Below, in pieces: positions 1 through 13,516 of a stretch of DNA of 64,000 nucleotides (positions are counted from its first letter, which is position 1; the number at the start of each line of letters is the position of its first letter). Source of the stretch: Leucoraja ocellata (lineage: Eukaryota). Position numbers and translations under genes: made by a program. The notes under the pieces are model-generated. The model saw only the letters and a program-made list of their open reading frames with translations, did not search any database and was not told the origin of the DNA. Location: assembly GCA_036785375.1 (NCBI GenBank), contig JAWMAR010000001.1:18414001-18478000 (forward strand). Reading direction: 5' to 3'.

Positions 1-3000
1 CCCTTTAAACAAATTTTGCAGGCCATTTTGTTTAAATAATGAAATACATTCATTTTTTTTGTGTGTCAGTCCTGCCTCTCTCTCACTTCTGTCAAAGGTA
101 ATTTATACATTACAGTGTTGTCACCAGCATTGCAGTAAACCGTAATGTACTCTTGGCCACTTAAACCATTGCGAAATTCTAAGTTCTGCCTTCTCAAACA
201 TAACACTCTCCCTGGTTGCAACCCAAGCTGTATAATACTGGGTGAAGTGCATTACTGCCAGTTACTAATCAGTGCTGATAGAGACGGGAACAGTTTTAAG
301 TGGTGAATGAACATAACATCACAGAATGTATTGGCTTGAAGTACTATTATTTTTCCTATAGTGTATTGGCACCATTACGCCAAGTAATTCTAGTGACAAC
401 ACTGCATTTTCTACAGACACGCCGTATCCCTACAGAAATCACTCTGCCACTGAACCCACCTTCAATCCACAGTAAAGATGGTTTGGATGATGATTTTATT
501 TTTGGACAAGGCCAACCAACCACTCTGTTAAACAGGAATGGTGTGTTCACAGAAGAGAAAATGGCGTTAGACTTCTCTTTCCCTCCCAACAACCCCTCCC
601 CAATCTCAAAAAATAAAATAGATGGATTATCCAGTTACCTATGGCAACCCATTGAGTGGTCTGCCTCAAAAAAAAAAGCTTTTAGCCAAACACTGGCAGG
701 TGAGCCAAGTCTGCAAGTGTTAAACCCTCTGCTGCCCTATCTAGGGAGCCAGGCATCCCACTGTATGTGCTACAGGGTTGCCTTGCCAATATTTATCAAT
801 ATAAGAAGCGACAGTCCGATAGCACCAATACTGAACTGGTACCGGGGGCAGGCACGGTAGGAAATCAGACATCCGAATACCAAACAGACCAATTATCCCG
901 ACCACCTAGCTCCATATATTTTTTTTCCTGCAAAACCTATCAAAATACACACATGCTTAATGTATGACATATCAGCAAATTCTTCTGCAAATGTTCTAAA
1001 TTGTTTATTATATAACATTAGGATTATTTTATTAAAAAAATTGAGAAATCCTTGGAACCACGCAATTTAAGATTTTTATATATTTATATATATATATAAT
1101 TCACAGTACTATTAGAATAAGTTTTTTTTTTAATCTCTTCCTTCTTGGTTGCCGAATTCTACATTAGTTGAGTGATAATTGTAAAGGTTTATATACAGGT
1201 TACTTGTCTGCAACTGAAAAATAGTTTCAACTTCTCCTGAGCAGTTCTGATATGCTGCCTCCTTACTGCACTCTGTGTAACTGTCTGCTGCACCAATAAC
1301 CAACTACGCAGGAATCCTTGGCAAGACCACTCTGCTATTTCCACTGAAAGGGGAGGATGCCTAACTAACACTCTCTGCATCACACTGTTGGCGATTAATT
1401 ATCCCAGTTTACATGGCACCAAATTTTCCAATGATACCCTGTAAACTCCAACTAAAACAGAACAAAAATGTTTATTTTCATGTATATTTTGTCATGGTGC
1501 AGCAAAGTAATAGACATCACTCTGAGTCACAGCAGGCAAGTGTAAACAGTGTAATTCAATCTCTTTCCCACCCCACTTCATGATGGATTTTTGTAATGCC
1601 TCTTTGTTCAACACGGGACAATGCAATAGGTCACCCGAGGCCCACCCCATTTTATGGGCAAGGTGAGATTTAATGGAGGCAGGAGGGAAAGGAGATGGGT
1701 GGAGGGTTGCATGAATGCAATCTGTGGGAACAAAAAGGGAGGGGGGAAATAAACCAGAGGATGTGTTGGGAATGCATCACCACATCCCGGGAACAGTGCA
1801 ACAGATGGAGAGGATGAAGACCCATGCCATGCACACAGCTTGGGTCAAATTACATGTGCTATTCTAACAAAATTATTCCCTAAATTAAACTGCTGAATAA
1901 GGATTGAAGCTACCCCCTCCCCCCATGGCCCTCAAAACAATCCATGAGTCTCATTTTCTTTATTTGGTGTTGTGATGAACGTAAACGCACAGGACAAGTT
2001 CTTTACAGAATTACTGGCAGTTGGACTTCTTCCCTGGACTGTGAGTCAACTGGCCAGGAGAGAAAGGCAAACACCAGCAACTGACCAGCGCAGCGTGCAG
2101 CTGCTCTACGCGTTTAAACAGCCAGTGGTGTAGAAGAATGAGAAATTACAAGAAGCAAGTTGCATGCTACGTGCAATTCTAGAAATATTTTTTATGAGGA
2201 GCCATTTCTCTCCCCCATCAAAGTCATTAATACCAAAAAAAAAATCTCTATTATAGAATAAATTCACTGTGCAATATACACACACTGTTGGATTGATCAA
2301 ATCCAAAGCTTTTTGATAGTTTCTTAAAGGAAAATTCCAAAGCAATGCTGATTGTTTCTCCTTGAAGAATGGGAGTTTTATTTCGGCAGATCCTAAGACA
2401 CTGATTACTGCAACTGCCTGTTATCAGGGAGGGGAGATGGAGGACTCGAAAGGCAATTGTCAGAATTGTTTTTTGTAACTTAACAATTTTCCATGCAAAA
2501 AAAAAATTACGTATGCAATCAATCTTATTCTCCCGTCCCCAAAAAACAGGAGAAAGCAAACTATGAACACACCCTGCAATATCGTTGGAAGAAATAATGG
2601 GAGAGCTATGCCCTGGATCATACAATATTAACTAAACAGCAATAATTCAATATAGCAACATCTTAGTCACAGCTATGGATTTCTTTTTAAAATAAGACAT
2701 ACTTTCAAAAAGGCAGAAATTCTCAACACTAAATGTTCCTTTCAAAGTGCGATATCCTTTACAAATTTAAACGGCCAACTTAAGCAGCACAGCTGCACTG
2801 TTTCATGAGAAAGATGTGGCATCCAATCCTCAGCAAAACCCCATTCACCCCAATGTGGCAAGGACTCGAATCTCTCCCTCATCCCTCACACAAAAATATA
2901 AAGATTATAGATACGATTAACACTACTGCCCTAATACAGCTGTGCATACAGATGAACTGTGCAATCAAACTAATAGCAGCACCAATGCATTCACAACTCA

Positions 3001-6000
3001 GGGTTTAGGAAAAAGGAAAAGCAGGATGTTAGCAATACAATCCATACACAGACAAGGGGCAAGCTTGTCAGCTGTTCCATATCCCAGTCAACCAAACCCA
3101 AGCAAAGTAACCAAAGACAATGGATGAATCATCACCAAATCTGATGGGAAGTTTGAAAGCACTTTTCCACCAACAAATGAGATAAACGGGTTCTTCCTGA
3201 TACTCAAGCTGTGGCCCAAACATTTACAGCCAATAAATAGCACAGGTAATAAAAACATTACAATTACATTTTAACATTAAAAAAACGTAGCTGGGAGACT
3301 ACAATCTTGGCTGCGGATGGAACAAAGACAAGGGATCAAGGTACTGAATGCCCCATGAAAAGACTCGATCATGACAGATCCAGTTTAAAGTGTGCGAAGT
3401 TCAGATATGGCTGGTGACATGGGAATCAATTCTCCTTTCAGTCAATGGCGTGTGCTGGGATCACTTCGAGAGTGATCAATTGGTAAGTTTGCATTGGGAT
3501 TTGAGCATCTTTTTAAAAATACTCGGGGAATGCAGTGGATCTACAAGAGACTGCTCAGTAATCTCGCGGTTTCAGGCACTCCTTCAGGAAGAACGATTAG
3601 CACTGCGGTTTGCTGTTGATGAAAATGCCATTCGGCACTGCCAGGAGACCAACAGGTCAGAAAGGGCACCGTCTTTCACCCTTCTTCCCCCCACCCACTC
3701 CAACCCACCAAAAGTCAGGGGATGGCGGTGTGGTTTATGTGACACCAACCGTAAAAGTTAAAACCAGGTGAAAAAAAAATGATACCGTTTGCTGAGGAGA
3801 TGTAAATGAGATAGCTAAGTGTTTAAAGTGCCATCGGGCGCTGCCAAAATCGATTCCTTCTTAATTATTCTAACTGCGGCACTCTTAACACACGGCAGAT
3901 TTTGCATCTTTTTCCCAGCCCCTCTACAAAGGTCAATGTGAGCTGAGTTTTTCTCCACATTGATTATGATCTGGGAAAAGCAACTGACTGGAAACTCGGG
4001 TCAATTCACATTTTCTAATATAGTTAAGATATCTAAGGATATGGTCACGGTTCACAGGCTGATGAATGGGATCTAGAATTGTAAACACCTACCCCTTTAC
4101 TTTACAGAAATTTGCCAGTAACTGATATTTTCAGGTCAGGGTACAATTGTATGCAGACATGGAAGTGAAACCTCTGCTTCCCTCACCTAAAGCACCACAA
4201 TTACAAAGCAATGCAGGACTCAATTACACACGGAAACAGGGGCTGTGTTGTCGGGGAAACCAGCAGGATAGCTAACAAGGAATGATAAGAACCTATGATA
4301 AACCAGAAAATGCTGCAAATTGACAGCAAATTGACTTTCTGAAGAAGAGGTTCAGATGATAAATGATAGGCACCATCTGAAACACTATTTAAGGTGCAGG
4401 GGCTGTGTGTAAGCTACAATTTCTACCCTCCACTTAGCCTTACAGGCTACTCTTCATTGTGATCATTTTAAACACACATTTGCGTGGCTCCACAGGCCAT
4501 GTACAGTGGGGTTCTAGCATGTGTATTATTTTAAGCAGTGTTTTATCTTGTTTGAAAGCAGTGTTTAAATGTTCTGTTTATCTGCAAATCTTGCTTCTCT
4601 CGGGTCTATTGTTTCGTCACAGTCTAAATGCATCCACAAAGTTGGTATATTGAAATCTGCAGCGGTTCTGTGGGTTGGGGGTTAATAATATTCAAGTCCT
4701 GCTGCCCAACATGCGAAGGGTGGTCATACACTTACTGAATAAATACCAGCTTAGCAATTGTCAGGGACTTTTAACATTCGTTTGGAGACTGCCCCACAAT
4801 GCCATCAACATTGACATCTAAAATGGAAATTTGTGTCAGTTGGGAAGAAATGAAAACAAGGAATACTTTTACAACATAAACCAACCAAATTATTCTAAGC
4901 AAGGCAACATTTTTACAATAATTGTTATTCTGGCATGTGCAACTAAGCAATAAAATTGCAGCATGATATATTTATGTTTGAAATGTTCCATGCATAAAAT
5001 GGGCAAGGATGAGATGGGGGGGGGGGGGGGGGAGGGGAGGCACGACACATGCAATGCTAGAGACTCAGGCCGGGCTGGTTTCTGCTGTGGCACTTGCTGA
5101 TCATCTCAAGCTGCTAACTACATTAGTGTGAAGTGCCAGTGCTCAGCTGCCAAACGGTATTAAATGCTGCTCCTCAGCATTAAACAGCACCACACTAAAG
5201 CAGTAACAGCAATATAAAAGGGCCCCGTTCGCTGAGCTCCCCTCATTGCCACCTCTCTGAAGTAATATAGGCAGGGATCCTGAAGAGTTTAAACAATTGC
5301 CGGGGCTGCTGATCAGCACAATAAATTCCTTTACCAAGCTGGAATAAGCCAGGATGGTGCACAGAACGGGGGAAGAGTACAAACAAATTGTGCTTATTTT
5401 GGAATCATTTCCCTTAATTTCATGAAACAATACTTTTTCCTGTTTGAAATATTTTTGGCCACTTTTCCTCCCCCTGTCATAGCATGGATCAGTCAGGTTA
5501 TGGAAGTACAGTGAAAATACAGCACATTAAACACCCTGATCCAGACTAACTGTTCCCACACTCACTGTGGATTCACAAATGGCTTGCTTATAGATTTGGA
5601 CAGGACATTTTGAGTTGCCATGCGTAGTTGAGTGGAGGATTCCATTACTAGGTTGAGGGGCGAGGGCATTTTACAATGGATCTTTGCACATTGGAAAAGG
5701 ATTGATCAGAGATTTAATATTACATTGGGTACACCACAACCCTCCCACCCTTTCCTTTCTCCAATTTCATCTTCTCCAGGATGAGAAGAGTTGTTCTTGC
5801 CAATCAAAGTGAATATGATGACAATTGTGTGTACGTATTACTTCTAACCCAAATATTCCAAAAGGAACGCTATGAGGTATTACTATTTAAGTAATTTCTT
5901 GTCATTAGACGGGTTTGGAACTGGTGCAACAAATAGACTTAAAAATCTAAATCTCAAAGTCAAACATCAGGTTTTTTTTATTCCCTCTTAAAAATAAACA

Positions 6001-6793
6001 ACATTTTGGGAACTGGCTTTTCCCCTAAAAATTCCTGAGAACTTTCTTTAAATTTTAGGAGGAAGTAAAATAATAGAAGCAAAACAAAAAGAAAATGCAA
6101 ACTAAAATAAAAACAACACTGTCAAATGCTCCCAGAGTTTTTCATCTAAAAATACGAAACATATATTTTTGGTCTTTTGTTATCCTGTTTTGATGGAAGA
6201 ACGGTTCAACGTTTTTTTTCTGATTTCGGATTTCTCAATGCATTGGAAATAGAATTTATAGGACTGTGCCGGCAATATTCGAACTTAAGTATTTAAAATC
6301 ATGTATAAGAACAGTTCATATAAATTATTCTCAGAGTCCACACTCTCAAAACAGAAATGTGGATTAAGTGCGATGGAGGACGGGTCGCATCACTCCCTAA
6401 TCCACCTCACCTTGGATTAGTCGGTATAAACGTTACCTTAGTCAGAGGAATATAAGTATTTTGCAGCCTTAGGTAACTGGTACAATAACCAGTCTCCACT
6501 AATGAACGGAGCGAGGGTGGCTGGATCAGATACAGTGCCCAGCAATTTAGTAATATCCCCGTTCTTCCAGACCTAAAGGTCATTAGACTATTCAATCAAA
6601 CTAGACAATTTTTTTGTTTTAAAAATGCAAGATTCTTCAAAATATTTCAATTCGACACAGCCCTAGAGATTATGTAAACAGGACAAGGCCAAACACTTGG
6701 ACACCTCCCTAATATTCTGAATTTTATCACTCCACAAAGTGCTGGAAGATGAGCAAGCACACGCAGGTGTGAGGCGCATTTGGGTGGGTGAAC

Positions 6794-6851
6794 GTGTGTG
6801 TGTGTGTGTGTGTGTGCGTGCTTGTGTGTTTGTATATATATATATATATAT
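6794..6851. repeat. (TG)n/(TA)n compound microsatellite
   Basis: Directly visible. Confidence 0.95.
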
Positions 6852-7539
6852 GAGCTAGAACTGGGGAGGAGGGAAGGGATGGGATAAGCATGGTAAATGC
6901 AAAAGTGACAATATGTATGAGTGGGGGAAAGGCAAAGGTTTTCTCCAGGTTGGTTGGTTGGATCAGAAGGTAGATTAAAATAGTAACTTTTAATGACAGC
7001 TACTTTTAATCACTGAACTGATGCGACAGCGGCGTGCCTTCAAGCTCAAGGTGAAGACATTCAAAGAATGACTAATGTCCTTCCCTTTCCCCTCCACTGT
7101 TTGTCACTGCTCATTGTCCATTACCATGCTGCCCCGTCTCCCTCATACCCATTCTACAATGCTTTACTTTGTTTATAAAGAAAAATAATTAACACTACAG
7201 CAAAACACAATGAGGACAATTAAAAAACAGAAAAAAGGTGCAATACTTTAAACAACATTAACAACATTTTTATATATAGTTTCCTAAACAAGTAAATGCT
7301 TTTCTCACTAGATTCACCCGTGGGCTTAAAACATGAATGGGAGGAAATAAAGGAAAGCACAAACTGCTTTTAAACTACTAAAGAACATTCATACGTAAAC
7401 GTTTATAAATTTTATATAGTGATCGACCAGTGAACAAAGGTACTGATACTCCTCTCTGCGTTCGGCTTTTATCCACCATTCATTGAGACCCAGTACCAGC
7501 CTGTACAGCAGCACGACTGAAATAGTCGGCTACCTATTG

Positions 7540-7540
<1 letters not shown>

Positions 7541-7608
<68 letters not shown>
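7541..7608. repeat. (TG)n microsatellite, about 34 units
   Basis: Directly visible; it explains the CVCVCV ORF. Confidence 0.97.
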
Positions 7609-7611
<3 letters not shown>

Positions 7612-8757
7612 AGATATATTATTAAGGATGTGTGCCAGTTTCCAGCGCAACTGTTGTATACTCAATACAATTGATTGAATTATTTGATTTCAAGAGTGGG
7701 TGAAATCAGCAATAATGTCACTAATTGAAATTTGACAGGAGACAGACACACACCCACTCATTAAATGCGCCTGATGTAACATTTTAAAGAAATACACTTT
7801 CAGTATCTTTAAAGTTTATATTGGACATTTTGTTCGATGCTGTGGTCACGTCAGGTCTGCTTAAGAGTCCCAGCTGTGATCCCTTAATGCACGTGCATCA
7901 TTGCTCTGCATACGCATGCAGACATGCTCAATGTTTGGTGTAAACAAAATAATATGCTAAAGCTATTCCTACACAGTTTGATGTAACCTTAAACCTAGGT
8001 TTGCAGCAACATTTGTTTGCATACTTCAGGTCAGCAAGTACACAGAATGGCCACAGAATGTCTTGCTGTCACAGATGGACCGTAATTTCAAAGAAATAAC
8101 CTGCGTGGTTTAAGGAAAGGAAAGTGAGTTGCGCACAGCAAGCGTTATTGTAGCCTTAAGCAAGGTTGTCCCCAGAGCTCGGTCCTATTCCAAAATCCCT
8201 GTGCAGTTACAGAGAAGGTTTTGTTAAGAGTGGAGATGCCGGGGACTGTGGGATGTAAACAGCTGGCTGTAAACCAATTTTGCAGGCTTGTGCCAATGAG
8301 GCTTTGTGGGTGGCTACAAGCATTTTGTGAAAGTGTCAATTTACAGGCAGTCCAGGTGAACGGAGGGAGAAAGGCTCAAGCCAGCCAAGCCAATTGGAAA
8401 GCTACATTTCTGCTCAAAGATTAAAAAAACACAAAACATATACAAAAGGAGGGAGGACTATTTTCAAAGGAGTTATTTTTATTAAATTACGGCAACACCT
8501 TCATTGGATTAGCTAAGTGTTTTGAAATACCTCAAGGGGGAGGGGGCAGGGAAATGACTGACCCGCCAGGAATCCCCCCAGTTTACAAAATGATAAAGCT
8601 TGTTACAGTACACAATGCAAGTCCCCCTCTACACTTTGAAACTGAGTGCAACATGTACATTTACCTTGAAAACCTCTACACTAACTTTTCTAACCTACAT
8701 TGTTTTTAAGTGCTTATGTCATTAGAGTGTAGCATTCAGAGGGCAGCATAGCCCAGA

Positions 8758-8845
8758 GGGGGGGGGGGAAGGGGGAGGGAGAGAGGGGAACAGAGAGAGA
8801 GAGGGGTGGGGGGGGGGGGGGGAGAGAGAGAGAGAGAGAGAGAGA
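8758..8845. repeat. poly-G/(GA)n purine tract
   Basis: Directly visible; C/CU-rich on the transcribed strand. Confidence 0.9.
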
Positions 8846-10076
8846 AGGAAATAAAGATACTACTGCAACGCTAAACTGTGGCGCGTGGTAAACAGCACCA
8901 GCTATAGGTGATGAAATGACACTATAAGCAGTGTGGTACTATCTTCATCGGCGCAAGATTGTGCCTTGCTATCTATCACTGGATGTGTTACAAATCTTCT
9001 GCAGAAAAATACGGTAACCAAACTGAATAGAGCGCAAAAGAAGCAGCATTGTAGCAAAGGGCTAGGAACATCTTAATTATCAACTGAAATGAGTTAAGAC
9101 AACCTTTGATTGGACAAAGAAGGCAATGGGCAAAATTGGAGTGGAACAGCATCTCCTTGGATTAAAAGACTAACTCTGGGAAGCGATAACCCAAGTTATG
9201 CCCAGAGCCTTAATCAACCAGAGGCACCTATGACGCAAAATACCACTCTCCACACTTCTAGAAGCAGATGGAGGTTAATGCTCTTGAGATGCCATTTTCC
9301 CCCTTCCTTAAGATTATCAGTCATGCTGGGCCAATAATTTAACAGCCCTTTGCAACCTTGCCCAAGCAGCTATTATTCATTCCTGACCCTAGACAACGAA
9401 TGTGGGCAGGGTATTCAACCGCAGAGGCCGTTGCAGCTTTGTTTGACCCTGACCACACCGGAAAGCCACACGTACAAATGGAAACTACGAATGATTTCTT
9501 TCTGACCCTCTGACCAGCTTGTATACAGTGGTGGAGGGGCCAATGAACATCAATTTAAGCCCTAGGATAACAGCCTCTGTGGCTGAAAAAAATAAGCTAA
9601 TTCAGCACTGACCAGAAATCAAGTGGAACTTCTCTGGTCAGTGTGATTTAGTAGTGGTCCTGGTGGTTTATTTAGTTATCAGGGGAGCAGTTTAAGAATC
9701 GGTTCTAAATTCCAACCCCACACCATCCCACAATGCAGGTCTGACATTGGTAACTGCTGCAGCCCAGCCCTGAAGGCTGGCACATACAGCACTGGTACGG
9801 GTGCATAGTAATAGCCTGTAAATTGTACATCTAATAAGTGACTGCGAGGCTCGATATCCGTCCTGGTCAATCACTAGCTTGAATACGTGAGGTTCTGCTG
9901 CGTCTCCGCTATTGCATGTCAGAGGACAGAAACGTGCCCAGTGCAAAAAAAAAGAGAGATTTTAAAAAGCCTGCTTTGTGTTTTCAGTAAATATCCTGTT
10001 GCAACAACTTCTCAATACGGAGGGGGGAAAAAAATCATGTAAGGAAAAAAACTATACTACCTTTTTAAAAAACTTA

Positions 10077-10082
10077 TTTATT
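10077..10082 (-). terminator. Candidate proximal polyadenylation signal AATAAA
   Basis: tttatt on + strand about 325 nt after the stop codon, followed on the minus strand by U-rich sequence (GTAGTATAGTTTTTTTCC...ATTTTTTT). Confidence 0.4.
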
Positions 10083-10405
10083 GTGTGATGGTAAAGTGTA
10101 CTTCACATTTTTAATGTTGGCGTTCATGATTCAAGTATTTTGAAGTGTGATATGTTTTTTTTTGTTTTTTGTTTTTTAGTTTTTTTTGATTAAAAAAAAG
10201 TAGCTGAAAATTAGGAGGGAGGTGTCTATGTGCACAAAAGAGACTGTGGATGACCCCCTTAATTTGTTTCACTTTTTTCTTTTTTTTCTCCTTTTTTTTC
10301 TTTAAACTTGTCTTGAAACTTATTGCAGTTTGAAAAAAAACACATTAGTGCTGCTGTTCAAAAAAGTTCACGAGGTCACAGGTCAAAGGTTGAAAGCTTA
10401 AAAGT

Positions 10406-10775
10406 TCAAATTGAATCAGCCCCTCCACCCAGGAGGTCACCAGGTAGTAGGGGCGCTGGACTGCCCATTCGGTGCGGATCGTCAGAATTCGGGGCACCCC
10501 ACAAGCTTGCCGTGTAGCTCGGGGTGGCCCAGAGCGAAGCTCCCGCCAAGTTCCCACTACCCCTGCCCACTCCTCCGGCACTGTTCCACTGTCCCAGGCT
10601 GGCCCGGCCTCCGAACGAATGCAGGCTGCTCCCCACTGGATCCATCTGACTCTGTCCTGTCTCCAGCGTCTGCCAGCCTGGGGAAGGTGTCGATAACTGA
10701 CCTTGTGCAAAATAGCGGTTGACTTCCTCTTCACTGACAAATTCAGCAAGGATGGTAGTGTTCCCCAACACACAC
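10406..10775 (-). CDS. TNRC6B: TNRC6B last coding exon (end of RRM and C-terminal region, ...[12 protein letters not shown]...[14 protein letters not shown])
   Basis: Acceptor ttttgcag|G. Split codon AT/G matches the upstream exon. TGA at 10406-10408. C-terminus resembles TNRC6[15 protein letters not shown] as I recall it. Confidence 0.96.
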
Positions 10776-11510
10776 CTGCAAAATAAAAATAACAGGGAAT
10801 TGTTTCAAGGAAGACACCGAGACACTGAAAAGTGTTCAAAAATGTCAATGGTGAAGAAGCAGCATATTGTTTTATTTTTCTTTCTCCCTACTAATTTTTT
10901 TTAATTTACTTCCCCAAAAGTGGCATTATTAATTCATCTGCATCAACCTGGTAAAGCATTGGATACATAAATTCACGAGCAAGTGATCTGAGATTTGGCA
11001 ATCTCATCCTGTGACAATTCACTCCAATTGATTAACGCCACCCAAAACAGAAAAGCAACCATTCTGTTGCAGTGGTGTTACAAACCATTGAAAACAAAGA
11101 GAGACAAATGCTGTAAATGTGCAGTGGAGTTTTCAGCACCGTCTAATGCTATGAACTTTGATGAAAACGCACCCAATCATGGTTCTAACCTGCTGTTTCC
11201 CTTTCAGATACTAGCTCTCTGTTGGGGATTTCCAGCATTTTCCCTTTACATTTGTGCTTCCCAATATTGGCAGCTTTTAAGCTCCAGCAGAAAGAACTCT
11301 TCTCATTGCAAGTGAAGGTACGCTTGCTGTTTTAATTGTGTGTTTCTGTATGCATTCTCCCCAGTCATCAAAATTCAAAACAGAATGCAATACTGAAAGG
11401 AGGTCTGGCGTCAACAGTTTGTGAATAGATTGCTGTCACCTTCCTGACTAGGGTGCAATTCAGTTAGGTAGGGAGAAAGCAGCCAGGGAAATCATCTTAT
11501 CTCAAAGCTA

Positions 11511-11804
11511 GTTTAGAGATACAGCGGACCACAGGGCCTTAGGTCCACCGAGTCCATGCCGGCCAGTGATCTCCGCACACTAACACTATCCTACATATAC
11601 TAGGGATAATTTAACAGAAGCCAATTAGCCTACAAACCTGTACGTCTTTGGAGTGTGGGATGAAACCAGAGCACCCAGAGAAAACCCTTGTAGGTTATGG
11701 GGAAAACGTACAAACTCTGTACAGACAGAACCCGTAGTCAGGATCGAACCCGGGTCTCTGGCACTGTAAGACAGCAACTCTACCGCTGCGCCACCGTGCT
11801 GACC
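11511..11804 (-). mobile_element. tRNA-derived SINE (HE1/V-SINE-like), near full length
   Basis: Minus strand reads GCACGGTGGCGCAGCGGTAGAG (A box)...GGGTTCGATCC (B box), then a central domain and a CR1-like tail. Homologous copies occur elsewhere in the window. Confidence 0.85.
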
Positions 11805-11858
11805 TTGAGGTGAAAACATTTCAAAACACAGAATGTTAACAGCACAACAGATACTTAC

Positions 11859-11998
11859 ATGTGCAGCGCAGTCTGGGCCTTGGCAGCCTCTTGTTTGGTG
11901 CTGTACCGGACCAATGCGGTGCCGTGCGTCAGGTTCAGGTGGAATGTTATCAGCGGCCCATGCTGCATGCAGATTGTTCGGAGAGTGGAGCCATCAAT
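11859..11998 (-). CDS. TNRC6B: TNRC6B exon, RRM core ([46 protein letters not shown])
   Basis: ctcag|ATT ... AT|gtaagt; 140 nt. TICMQHG and [15 protein letters not shown] are TNRC6B-type residues. Confidence 0.97.
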
Positions 11999-12409
11999 CT
12001 GAGAGGACGCAATATTAAACTCTCAATTAATTTGGCTATTTTTTTGTTTTAATTGTTCCTCAAAGCTTTGATGAGAGTCTAGCATCTTCCTCAATTATAA
12101 CTGTTTGTCACCCATCCAAATGATTTCATAATTGGATATACAGCAAGTGTTTAGGACTTTTCCAATGAAGGAGTATAATGGTGGAGTTCAATCTCACACC
12201 TACGTTTCCCAGCCAAAGGCCAGTAGCCATTTGGTATGCATCAATTTTCACACAAGCTGTAATCTCGTTATCTGCTCTGCCAAGTCCTGGCCTAGAAATG
12301 CATTCAAAGAACCCAAACACAGATCAATTATATCAACCAAAGGGCAAAGCTTCCAAATGCCCTGGAGCAACACCTGCTAACTTTTCTTCCCCACTGCCTT
12401 CAATTTCTA

Positions 12410-12995
12410 AATTGGAGCACAACTAATTTTGATGCCATTATACTGGAACTTGCAAAGGTTGATTGGGAGAGGCAATTTGCAGCTAAAGGGTGTCTGGCAA
12501 GTGGGAGGCTGATAAATGCAAAATGGGTGGAGTTCAGGAACAGGGCTGGGTTGGTAGAATTGGGAAACCTGGTTGACAAGGAATATTGAAGCATGTCAGG
12601 TTAGGCAGCTGGGACTAAGGAACAAAGGATGTAGGACTGTGCTTACAAAGGATATCAGGAGAGCAAAAAGGAGATGCAAGACATCCTTGGCAGACCAAGT
12701 ATCAGTGTAGAGTCACAAGTCTTGAATGAATACATGGTCTTGAATGAATACTTCTCAACTATATTTACTGTTGAGAAGGTCATGGAGGCTGGGGAATTCA
12801 TAGATAAGAATAGTGATGCCCTGAAACACAGACATTACAAAGAGTAGTAAGAGTACAAAGTTGGTGGTTTTAAGATGTGTCAAACTGTTCAAATCCCAGC
12901 GACTCAACAAAGTGTATCCTAGGACATTGTGAGAGAAGAAATTGGTGAGAGTGGTCGTTGGACAACATGGACTGGGTGGATCAAAGGGCCTGTTT
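12410..12995 (+). mobile_element. Degenerate CR1-like LINE fragments
   Basis: Remnants such as gtcttgaatgaatacttctc, gtgtatcctaggacattgtg and a 3' tail aagggcctgtttccatgct. Boundaries approximate. Confidence 0.55.
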
Positions 12996-13516
12996 CCATG
13001 CTAAACTAAGCTACCCTATTGATCAAGAAATATCCATGGAAAAAGAAACTTCACTTTTCAGCTCAAAAACTATTCATCAGATCAGGTGTCATAATTTCTG
13101 TGTCTTTTTCCCTCAGATTGTATTTGACAGTTTGTTTTTTTGACAGTGATATCCACGTCTTTGCTTTTAAACATTAAACCAAGTGCCACTACACTTGCCG
13201 GAAAATAATAGGTAGTTCAATAAACAACAGCAGTTTCAAATTGTCAGGCTTACACCAGGGTGCTCTGCAATTTACTGCCCTCATAATACAAAGCTTCAGG
13301 AAATTCTATGTTCCTCTTCCTTGAAAGACTCAGTTTCTGGCTCCTTTGCACCAGTAGATCTCCCACCCTGTCTCAATTAGTTTTGTTTCTTGTTGCTCTG
13401 TAATTTAATCTTTCCTTATAATCTGCATTGGATATTAGCTACAGTTCAACACGCCTGCACTCTCCACAAACTAATGTCAGAAAGAGGTCACAAGAGAAAC
13501 ACCCCCCTTTTGTTTG

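Larger units (their letters stand above)
1..10405 (-). other. TNRC6B: Putative very long 3'UTR of TNRC6B (distal end not defined, may extend past position 1)
   Basis: Directly follows the TGA at 10406-10408. I recognise no transposon in 10 kb, whereas the introns are repeat-dense. Several minus-strand AATAAA (e.g. 10077-10082, 9667-9672, 8478-8483, 5977-5982, 1028-1033) and many miRNA seed matches. Mammalian TNRC6B is known to have a >10 kb 3'UTR. Confidence 0.7.

Noticed and set aside
300-860. 186-aa plus-strand ORF
   Set aside because: GTG start, no recognisable domain, antisense to the putative 3'UTR; consistent with chance.
10345-10848. Overlapping alternative-frame and antisense ORFs over the last exon
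   Set aside because: Shadow ORFs of a GC-rich coding exon.
11511-11804. tRNA gene (A/B boxes)
   Set aside because: The boxes belong to a SINE head repeated across the window; no complete cloverleaf.
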